64,000 nt of DNA, taken from positions 1,116,001-1,180,000 of the forward strand of contig NW_027361797.1 in NCBI RefSeq assembly GCF_039654945.1. Direction: 5' to 3'. This document shows, one piece after another, positions 25,155 through 36,744 of the stretch. The stretch is from Dendrobates tinctorius (lineage: Eukaryota). Each line of letters begins with the position of its first letter. Position 1 is the first letter of the stretch. The translations under genes were made by a program, and so were the position numbers. The notes beneath the pieces are model-generated. The model saw nothing but the letters and a program-made list of their open reading frames with translations. It did not search any database and had not been told where the DNA came from.

Positions 25155-25844
25155 TCACAAGAATGGAACATACGATAAATTTTCATTTAATCCTAAGGGG
25201 TGTACCGTGTCCAGAGTCCATATCCAACGTGTCTCTTTTTGGGCCAATTGTTGGGACACGCACCCACCTCGAATTCCCACATCGATCATATCTATGCCTT
25301 TCACCCTGAGACCACTACTGTCGCAGCCATGATAGATCTTAAAATGTCTCGGTAAAGTTTTAAGCAAATTCAGATCTTCTTCATTTGCTGCGGCCTGTAT
25401 GCCCAAAACATGTTCCCTGATCCTCACCTTTAACTGCCGAGTGGTCAGCCCTATATAAATCAAGGAACAGGGACATGTGGCATAATAGATTACATTGCGG
25501 GACGTGCAAGTGATGGATTTCCTAATCTTATACTCTTTCTGTCCGGAGGAGTCAAAGAATGTATCCTCCTTGACCATATTACTGCATGCCACGCAATGAC
25601 CACAGGCCTTACTTCCACCACTTTTCTTTCTGGCAAAATCATCCAGAAAAGCCTTAGGGGGTTCACCGACATAATGGCTGTGTACAATGTGGTCCCGTAG
25701 GTTTTTGGCCCTCCTGGAGGTGATCTGGGGTCTATCGGGGATAATTTTAGAAATAATGGGATCTGTTTTTAAAATGGCCCAAGATCTTTCCAGAATCCCA
25801 CGCATTTGTCTCGATCGTGCATTAAAGTTAGTGATGAATCCCAC
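25155..25844 (-). CDS. GIY-YIG endonuclease domain of the Penelope-like element (inverted copy, open frame, 229 aa)
   Basis: CGHCVAC cysteine motif, VIYYATCPC...YIGLTTRQLKVRIREH and C-terminal ETRWIWTLDTVHPLGLNE. Confidence 0.85.
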   Translation of the reverse strand: MGFITNFNARSRQMRGILERSWAILKTDPIISKIIPDRPQITSRRAKNLRDHIVHSHYVGEPPKAFLDDFARKKSGGSKACGHCVACSNMVKEDTFFDSSGQKEYKIRKSITCTSRNVIYYATCPCSLIYIGLTTRQLKVRIREHVLGIQAAANEEDLNLLKTLPRHFKIYHGCDSSGLRVKGIDMIDVGIRGGCVSQQLAQKETRWIWTLDTVHPLGLNENLSYVPFL

Positions 25845-26047
25845 CTTATCAGATTTCCCCTGTAGTTCCTAAGTTTTGTACAAAAGGGAGTTCCTATTAC
25901 TGTGTTTAGCACGGAGATATGCCTGACCCAGACCAAAACTACATGTATAAATGTATACATAGATAAGAGTGAATATCATCTTTCCTGAGGCCTGTATAAC
26001 TTGACAAACCCTTTATTGTTTAGGGGAGCTCAATCCGCCTTGTTATA

Positions 26048-28723
26048 TTGTTACTGTTCTGTGTTTTGCACAGGTTTTTGCAGTCAGTGGATGCTATTGT
26101 GAAGAAAATCAATGAGACACAGGTCTCAAAATTTAATAGGGATCTTAAAGATTACCAAACTAAATCAGTATATCAATGGAAGAAATCTACTTCACATTTA
26201 TCATCCATGCATCGTAGTGTGTCTAACACTTCGGTGTCATCAAGTAGTGCACAGTCCGATGTCTCTGCGTCATCGATAATTACTCGATCTGGAGTTAACC
26301 ATGGGAAGATGAGGAATTATAACTACCATCCATATAAAAGAACGAGAAACCGCTTGCCTGGAGGCCGTAATAGGGACAATAAGGTAATTAACCTTAGTAC
26401 TCATGTTCTTACACGAGCTGACTGTGCACTTCTACATAAAGGCCTGTCCTTCTCACCTGTGGCGGGTTTTGATCGATTTACGGCCATTAAAGATCTACAC
26501 ATTTTTGCTAGGTCTCTTTTGTTTAAGCGTTTTTTCTTTGATGACAACTTGAATAAATTATTCCCTACAGAGAAAGAACGATCAGCCCTGAGGATATTAG
26601 AGGACCTGTCTGATGAACATCTAACATCAGAGGGAGGTAAGATACCCCCGTCAATCAGGCCACACTCTAAGAAATTCCCCCCCCTTTCGAGCTGTAGTGC
26701 CATTGATCTTTTTGTCAAAGTGGTGAGCAATGAAATTCTGAAAGTACCTCAGTATATCCAGAGGGACAATCTAACTGGGGAGGAGAGAAAACGTCTTACC
26801 TATTTGAAGAGTCTCCCTGATGTTGTGATCAAACCGGCGGACAAGGGGGGTAACATTGTTTTATGGCCTAAACATCTTTATGAAAAAGAGGCCATGCGTC
26901 AACTCTATGATACTACTTGTTATAAGAGATTGACATATAACCCCTTGTCCGCCTTTTGTGGGCAGCTCAGGGAGATTCTGACAAGAGCTATGGAAAATGA
27001 CATTATCTCGAAAGAGCTCTTGTCGGCTTTGATTGTGGTCGAACCGACCATTCCGACGTTCTATCTGCTCCCTAAAACTCCTAAGAACATACAGATGCCA
27101 CCAGGTAGGCCCATAGTGTCGGGGCGGGGGAGTTATTTGGAGTGTGTGAACAAATGGTTGGATTCCCTTCTCCAGCCACTTGTGGAATCCTTGCCCTCGT
27201 ATCTCAAGGATACCAATCAGCTGTTGCGCAGGATAGATAATCTTTCTTTGGATAGTGATACGTTTCTAGTCACCATGGATGTCGAGTCGTTATATACGAG
27301 TATCCGGCATGGTGATGGTTTACGTGCCACAGAATTTTTTCTGTCGATGTCCAATTTATCTCTGGGATTTAGAACTCTTATCCTAGAGATTTTGGAATTT
27401 GCTCTTACACACAGCTTTTTTGTTTTCAGGGGGTCCTTCTACCTACAGCTCCAGGGGACAGCCATGGGAGCGGCCTATGCGCCTTCTTATGCTAATCTGT
27501 TCCTGGGGCTGTGGGAGAGGGACCTCCTGATGTCAGATCGTCTGTCATCTATGAAACACGTCCTGTTATGGATGCGCTGCATAGATGATATTCTTGTTAT
27601 CTGGCAGGGTGAGGCTAGGCTATTGAAGGAATTCATAGGGGTACTTAACGATAATGACCGGAATATCCGTCTCACCGCCACTTTCAATAGGGACAAGGTT
27701 GAGTTTTTAGATGTTTCCCTCTTTAGGGGGGAGGAGGGGCTGATTCAAACAACCATATTTCGTAAACCGACATCTACGAATGTACTCCTACATGCATCCT
27801 CCTCTCACCCAACTCATATGGTGCGATCCGTACCAGTTGGCCAGTTTTTACGCCTTCGACGGATCTGCTCAACTGAAGATGAATTTGACTCTCAAGCCCT
27901 TGATTTGAGGAATCGTTTTGCTGAGAGGGGATATAGTAATCGCTCTATTAAGTGGGCATATCTCCGTGCTAAACACAGTAATAGGAACTCCCTTTTGTAC
28001 AAAACTTAGGAACTACAGGGGAAATCTGATAAGGTGGGATTCATCACTAACTTTAATGCACGATCGAGACAAATGCGTGGGATTCTGGAAAGATCTTGGG
28101 CCATTTTAAAAACAGATCCCATTATCTCTAAAATTATCCCCGATAGACCCCAGATCACCTTCAGGAGGGCCAAAAACCTACGGGACCACATTGTACACAG
28201 CCATTATGTCGGTGAACCCCCTAAGACTTTTCTGGATGATTTTGCCAGAAAGAAAAGTGGTGGAAGTAAGGCCTGTGGTCATTGCGTGGCATGCAGTAAT
28301 ATGGTCAAGGAGGATACATTCTTTGACTCCTCCGGACAGAAAGAGTATAAGATTAGGAAATCCATCACTTGCACGTCCTGCAATGTAATCTATTATGCCA
28401 CATGTCCCTGTTCCGTGATTTATATAGGGCTGACCACTCGGTAGTTAAAGGTGAGGATCAGGGAACATGTTTTGGGCATACAGGCCGCAGCAAATGAAGA
28501 AGATCCAAATTTGCTTAAAACTTTACCGAGACACTTTAAGATCTATCATGGCTGCGACAGTAGTGGTCTCAGGGTGAAAGGCATAGATATGATCGATGTG
28601 GGAATTCGAGGTGGGCGCGTGTCCCAACAATTGACCCAAAAAGAGACACGTTGGATATGGACTCTGGACACGGTACACCCCTTAGGATTAAATGAAAATT
28701 TATCGTATGTTCCATTCTTGTGA
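26048..28723 (+). pseudogene. Penelope-like polyprotein (RT + GIY-YIG) with two in-frame stops
   Basis: KFNRDLKDY..VYQW, IKPADKGG, PPGRPIVSG, TMDVESLYTSI, QGTAMGAAYAPSYANLF and RCIDD (normally YIDD). TAG at 28007-28009 and 28442-28444, with the frame continuing to TGA at 28723. Confidence 0.9.
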
Positions 28724-29750
28724 TGCCCCTGTTTTTTGAGCAGTGCATGGAGTTGCATTGTACTGCAGTTCGTTTTAGTTTTTGATTTTAATTTTTTCTT
28801 GTTTTAGTTTTTCTTAGATTGATCTTTTATGGTCCGGACTGGAACAACATGGAAGATCAGTGACTCCCCTTTTTCTTGCCTTGGATGAAGATTGGTCTTT
28901 TTCTCCCCCCCCCCTTCCCACACCCTCCCTTCCTCTACCCCTCTCCTCTTCCTCCTCATGGACATGATTGTTATATATGTATACGCATATATGTACTGCA
29001 CAATTCATATATATTTTTTATTTCTTTATTTATGTTTTTGTTTATTTTTTATTCTATCTTATTATTTTTTATTTTTATTATTTTTTAATTTATTATTCCA
29101 TACTTTTCCTTTTTTCATTCTCAATTAATTTTGTTATTTTTTGATATATGCTGTTGTATTATTTTTTGTACATTTATTTTTTCATTTTTCATATTTATAT
29201 GTATATGGATGGTGTATATAACTGTATGTTTATATATTGTTTTTCTTCTTTTTTTTTCTTTTGTCCATTAGTGTATTTTTAGCTGTTTTGCTATGTCTCA
29301 CAATGTGTGACACATGTATGTTTATATGTCCATGTCTTTGTCTGACGGATTAGTCCCATATATCGAGGTTTTAGACTATAACATCCTGTATTGCCCCATA
29401 TATAATATGCAATTCCAATATGACATTATGTTTCAACTTATGTATATTGCTATAGTAGGTGGCTCTAATGAGATCTGGATATGTCCTCTTATTTTGTGAC
29501 TGTCTGGTGTAGGCAACTTTGTCGCATGACATGGACAGTTTTACTATGTCCCTGACCATCTTCTCCATGATTTTGTAACGGTGGATCTGACGTGGCGCCG
29601 ACCAGGCACGCGTCTGAGTCATGTCCCGGTGCGTGGGCTGGTCTCGGTGTCTCTATGCGGTGGAGGAGTGTCCCTACTTGTTGGGTGCCTCCTCATCGCA
29701 TGACGCCGTGTCCATCCTGCGTTCCCAGTCTCCATGACTACACCCGCGTC

Positions 29751-29796
29751 ACTTCCGGTTTGCGTCACGGGCACTTCCGGTCCGGCAATATTTAAA
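29751..29796 (+). promoter_or_regulatory. Putative pLTR promoter of the Penelope-like element
   Basis: Two ETS-type ACTTCCGG motifs (29751, 29773) and TATTTAAA (29789-29796), about 25 nt upstream of the hammerhead motif; mirrored at about 24085-24135. Confidence 0.45.
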
Positions 29797-29820
29797 CTCA
29801 CCAGTTTTATACATTACACG

Positions 29821-29861
29821 CCCCCTGACAAAGGAGATCCTCTCCGAAACGCGCGTCGGGG
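29821..29861 (+). ncRNA. Minimal type I hammerhead ribozyme motif (right arm; core variant)
   Basis: CCCCCTGACAAAGGAGATCCTCTCCGAAACGCGCGTCGGGG, with predicted cleavage after GUC (C29857). The core reads CUGAC(A)A instead of CUGANGA. Confidence 0.7.
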
Positions 29862-30389
29862 TAACGCGCTGACCGCCTGGCCATCTACTGATTCTTCCCT
29901 GGAGGTAATTATTTTGCTCTGGTACTGTTCACCTATGTGGGTGGGTGGAGTTTATACAATATACAATGGTGGATACTATACCTTGATTCCACTGAATGCG
30001 GTACTGCCTTTATATCTCTATATATATTAAGTATGGTACATATGGTTGTCCACAGCAACAATGTCTGCTAATGAATAGTAACATATAGTGATATATAAGG
30101 TGGATTGAGCTCCCCTAAACAATAAAGGGTTTGTCAAGTTATACAGGCCTCAGGAAAGATGATATTCACTCTTATCTATGTATACATTTATACATGTAGT
30201 TTTGGTCTGGGTCAGGTCGCGTGTCCTCTTGCACTGTAGCACTTGTTTTCTTTGTGCAAGTGTTCCCCCATTTTCCCGTTCTATGTATTTTCCCTAATAA
30301 AGTACCTATGGCTTTTTCTATGGATCTTTGGTCGTAATTTGTGGTTTCCACATCCCCTATGCACTCAATGAATAGGCAGTATTGTACTC

Positions 30390-32500
30390 ATTTAGTATAA
30401 TGCACCCCATAGTCCTCCAAATAGTATAAATCAATCAATTGTCCTCTATACAGTATAAAGCATACTTCATAGTCCTCCATATAGTATAACGTGCCCCATA
30501 GTCCTCCACTTAGTATAATGTGCCCCATTGACCTCCACATAGTATAATGTGCACCATAGTCCTCCATATAGTATAATGTGCACCATAGTCCTCCATATAG
30601 TATTATGTACTCCCCATAGTCCTCCATATAGTATTATGTACTCCCCATAGTCCTCCATATAGTATTATGTACTCCCCATAGTCCTCCATATAGTATTATG
30701 TACTCCCCATAGTCCTCCATATAGTATAATATACTCTCCCTAGTCCTCTATTACAGTATACTGCACACCTCATGGTCCTCCATAAAAAAAAATGCACCTC
30801 ATAGTCCTCTATATACAATAATGCACCCAATAGTCCTCCATATAGTATGATGCACTCCCCATTGTCCTCCATATAGTATGATGCACTCCCCATAGTCCTC
30901 CATATACTATAATACACCCCATAGTCCTCAATATAGTACAGGGTGCGCCATTTATATGGATACACATAAATTAAATGGGAATGGTTGGTGATATCAACTT
31001 CCTGTTTGTGGCACATTAGTATATGGGAGGGGGGAAACTTTTGAAGATGGGTTGTGACCATGGTGGCCATTTTTAAGTCAGCCATTTTGGATCCAACTTT
31101 AGTTTTTTCAAATATAACTTCTCCCACTCTTGACACACTGATAGCAACAGCGCAGAAGAAATGCTAGCACAGGCTTCCAGTATTCGTTGTTTCAGATGCT
31201 GCACATATTGATAGTATGCTGTGGTATATGGGGTACAAAGATAGTGAGGCCATTCTTCATCAATGGAAACCTCAATGCCACTGGATATCTGAAATTGCTA
31301 CATGATGATATGTTGCCCTCTTTATGCACTGAAGATGGCACGTTCCCTGAGTTTTTCCAGCAAGATTGTGCACTACCACATTATGGGTGTCAGGTCCCAG
31401 CATTCCGACAAGGAATCTTACCCCCTTAAACTAGCATTTCTTCTGCAGTGTTGCTATCAGCATGTCAAGAGTGGGCAAAGAGGGTTGCATTGACAATCCA
31501 ACACAATGGGTAGCTCTTTGAACACATTTTATAAGTGGTCATAAACTTGTAAATAACTCATGAAAGAATAAAGTTATGTTAAAACCAAGAACACCATTGT
31601 TTTTCTTGTGAAATTCTCAATAAGTTTCATGTGTCACATGACCCTCTTCCCATTGGAAAAAATAAAGTTGGATCAAAAATGGCCGCCATGGTCACCACCC
31701 ATTTTGAAAGGTTTCCCCACTCCCATATACTAATGTGCCACAAACAGGGTTGATATCACCAACCATTCCCATTTAATTTAGGTATATCCATATAAATTGC
31801 CCACCCTGTATAATGCACCTCATAGTCTTAAAAATATTATAATTCTCTGGTCCTCCATATTGTATAATGCACCCCCATAGTCCTCCATATAGTGTAATGT
31901 ACTCCCCATAATCCTCCATGTAGTATAATACACACTCAGTAGGCCTTCATATAGTATAATTCACACTCCATAGTCCTCCATATAAAATAATGCACCTCAA
32001 AGTCCTCCATATACAATAATGCACCCCATAGCCCTCCATGTAGTATAATGAACTCCCCATAGTGCTCCATATACTATAATGCACCCCGTAGTCCTCCATA
32101 TAGTATAATGCACACCCCGTAGTCTTCCAGAGTATAACACCATAGTCCTCCATATTGTATAATGCTCACTCAATAGTCCTCCATATAGTATATTGCACTC
32201 CCCATTGTCCTCCATATTGTATAATGAACCATCATAGTCCTTCATATAGTACAATGCACTCCACATAGTCCTCCATATAGTATAATGCATTCCCCACAGT
32301 CCTCAATACAGTATAATGCACTCCCCATAGTCTTCAAAATAGTATAATACATCCCATAGTCCTAGATAAGGGTATAATGCAGCCCTCATATGATACACAT
32401 AGTATATTGCACCCCATAGTCCAGGATTGAGTATAATTCAGCCCCCATATAGTACATATAATACAATGCACAACCCATAGTCCTTGATAGAATATAATGC
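30390..32500. repeat. Degenerate ~31-bp minisatellite CCCCATAGTCCTCCATATAGTATAATGCACT, split by a mariner-like element
   Basis: Periodicity at 30611 and 30642; the array resumes after 31810. Confidence 0.9.
30939..31808 (+). mobile_element. Internally deleted Tc1/mariner-superfamily element
   Basis: TA TSD, long TIRs starting CAGGGTG(C/G)GC(C/A)ATTTATATGGATA, and a transposase remnant CGIWGTKIVRPFFINGNLN...FFQQDCALPHY (31187-31429). Confidence 0.85.
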
Positions 32501-32509
32501 AACTTATGA

Positions 32510-32987
32510 CCCACCTAGGTTTAGAACCAGCGCTATTCAAGTTCACCTGGCCTGCCAGTTTCGAGTTGTCCCATACCGGAGAGACATCACTCTGGGCCTG
32601 GCTGAAACCTTTTCCTACCCAGGGAGAAGGCAAGGGGGGCTTCACAAGATGCATGAATTCTGTATAGGCTGGAACAAAGCCATCAAAGAGAGACAGACCG
32701 TGAAGCAGCTGACACAAGAGTGGCATGAAAGGCCATGCGCAGAATTTGATGAGCAGTGCTCTGATAGCATTGTTGTGAGTTTCAACATCGTCCGAGGATT
32801 CAGATTCATCTGGGAGGAAAGAAAAAGAAACTTGGTGTATGTCAGCCACACGGACATCAAGAGGGAGTATTTGCCTCTAAGACTCCACAGTCTGTATTCT
32901 GGGAAGGCCATGTGATTTATGAAAATGGATGGGCTATGTGGCTTGTACATCATGGGAGCTGAGTGTCCGTGCATGGCCGAGGACATA
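32510..32987 (+). pseudogene. Intronless decayed ORF containing a Y-box-type cold-shock domain
   Basis: From 32766, SIVVSFNIVRGFRFIWEERKRNLVYVSHTDIKREYLPLRLHSLYSGKAM*FMKMDGLCG aligns without gaps to the YB-1 CSD pattern (RNP1 GYGFI, RNP2 VFVH, SVGDGETVEF). One in-frame stop at 32913-32915. Confidence 0.55.
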
Positions 32988-34455
<1,468 letters not shown>

Positions 34456-34612
34456 GTTGAGGTTAAACTTACTGGCCTATAATTTCCAAGTTCAGTTTTT
34501 GTCCCCTTTTTGAATATTGGCACCACATTTGCTATACGCCAGTCTTGTGGTACAGACCCTGTTATTATGGAATCCTTAAAGATTAAAAATAATGATCTAT
34601 CTATGACTGTGC
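34456..34612 (-). mobile_element. CR1-type LINE reverse transcriptase fragment
   Basis: DWRIANVVPIFKKGTKTELGNYRPVSLTS motif on the minus strand. Confidence 0.75.
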
Positions 34613-35678
34613 TTAAGACGATGCAAAGCGGGGCTGGGACAACAGTGGAAAAAAATCTTATACCATAAAGCTCTTGACATCAAGCTATAGTCTGATGCAT
34701 AATTTATTATGATGTTTGTCAGTGTATTCAGTTCTGTCTCAATAGAGAAATCTTTTTCAATATATATTGAAATTTTTTAAAGGTTCCAAAAAAAGTGCTT
34801 AATGCAAAAAACGGAGCCTAATTAGAAATTATTCATAGACAGGCTGTAAAACTGGCATACATGAGGATACATTTTAACATATAAAAATCAGCAAAGTTCA
34901 ATTCATATAATAAGTCATTTGATGCCATCAAACAAATAAATAGATTAGTGAAGCAAAAGACTACATCACCTGAATAGTTTAGAAATGACAGAATGCAAAG
35001 GGAGACCAGGAGAGCCGCACATCCCCAACCTCTATGTTGTTTCGCAGTAGATTCTTCTGGGGGTGTGAGAAGCTTCTTCCCCATAGTTGCATGATTGGCC
35101 CAGCCCCACTTTGTTTGCATAAATCCCCTCTTTGGAGGTTTATTTCTACCCTGTTTTTTTATTTGGAATTTTCTCTCTTTTTTGTTTATTTTTAATTGTA
35201 TATCAATAAATTATTAATTTTTAAACTATTGCTAGACTCACTCTGTATCCTTAGGTGGTAAATTACCACTACTTTCGAAAGTGTGGGTCATTAAATAATT
35301 TATATCGAGGACAATGAGGTACCAGGTAATAATTTACTGGGGAGTTAGTTGTTCTTAATAGAGACTTTTATATATCGGACATATATCAACATTAAAAATA
35401 TTAATGATTATTACCGTATTCCATTGAATGGTCCTATGTACCATATATTCTATCAAGACTCACTAATTAATTTTAGTCTGCAATTAGGCAGGAAAATCTA
35501 AATACAGAAAAACTAAACTTATAGTTTTAAGTACACTATCATAAGTGATAATATACATTTCCTCTCCATAAAAATCGTATTTCTCCAAATGTATTAGAGG
35601 AAAGCACTATAACTAAAACCTTCATTGAGACCATATGGATTCCGCAAATTCAGCCTGAAGAGCCATTTATCTTCTTCC

Positions 35679-36328
35679 CAGGGCTGTGGAGTCGGTAAGC
35701 CAAACCTGCGACTCCGACTCCTCAGTTTCCCTTACACCGACTCCGACTCCAACTCCGACTCCGCCTCCCACACATATTGCTTATATTTAAGTGAAAAATG
35801 TATTGTAGTACAATGTGAACCTCAGACATTTAATCATTTTTATGATCCAATAATCAAGATATTTAGACAGAACAGAATATATATTGGTGTACTACCCGAT
35901 TTTCATTCTTTTTGGTACAGATACGATATGGATAGACAGATATGGATAAATGGATAGATAGAGCAGATTACTAATCTGCTTTTGCTATTGAAAACATTAT
36001 CTATGAGCTCAAAAACCTTTCAGGTGATGCAGTTTTTTAAAAAGATGATCAGCTTTTGCAGCTGAAAAACGTATCCTCAAAAAACACAGGAAAAACGCTG
36101 TGTGTGAATGTAGCCTTAGATCAGGAATAGAACAGCCATTTATAGGACATTTCATAACTTTCCCAAACTCCTATGAAAAAATATTCAGCACATCCTGCAT
36201 TGAATTACTGTACCCAATTTATTATATATTTTAGGAGTCGGAGTCGGTCCATTTTATACCGACTCCAACTCCGACTCCACCAAAATGAGCACCGACTCCG
36301 ACTCCACGACTCCGACTCCACAGCCCTG
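35679..36328. mobile_element. hAT-type MITE with GGAGTC subterminal repeats
   Basis: TIR CAGGGCTGTGGAGTCGG / CCGACTCCACAGCCCTG; imperfect 8-bp TSD CTTCTTCC / CTGCTTCC. Confidence 0.8.
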
Positions 36329-36744
36329 CTGCTTCCTGTAGAAGTAGTTTATCTAAGTTCCCACTGCTTGGTCCCAAGTGCATTTTCCTAATTCCACAGA
36401 ACTCTAAAGCCCCCGTTACACACTGTGATATCGCTAGCAATATCGCTGTAAAATCACCGATTTTGTGACGTTGCGATATTTCTAGCGACATCGCTACATG
36501 TGATACTTACCTCCGACCGGCTCCCCCGCTGGTTATCGCTGATTGCGCGAGAAGCTGCTGGACCATTTCTCGTCGTCAACTTCCTGCGGCGCTTCCTGCT
36601 GTGACGACGAGCGACGCGTGGAGCCGGGCGGGAGGACGCAGGATCGCCGCGTCTGACAGGTAAGTAGCGATCGCCGTCCCCAGCGATGTCGCTGGTGAGA
36701 TCTGCCTGAGTGAATGGAGAGGTGTGCAATTTTTATCGTAGGTA

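Larger units (their letters stand above)
23424..30361 (+). mobile_element. Penelope-like retroelement insertion with a large inverted 5' arm
   Basis: 14-bp TSD CACTCAATGAATAG at 23410-23423 and 30362-30375. RT plus GIY-YIG ORF. Segment 23521-25923 is the reverse complement of 27955-30362. Confidence 0.93.

Noticed and set aside
30388-32290. MEDYG-repeat ORFs on the minus strand
   Set aside because: Translations of the 31-bp minisatellite.
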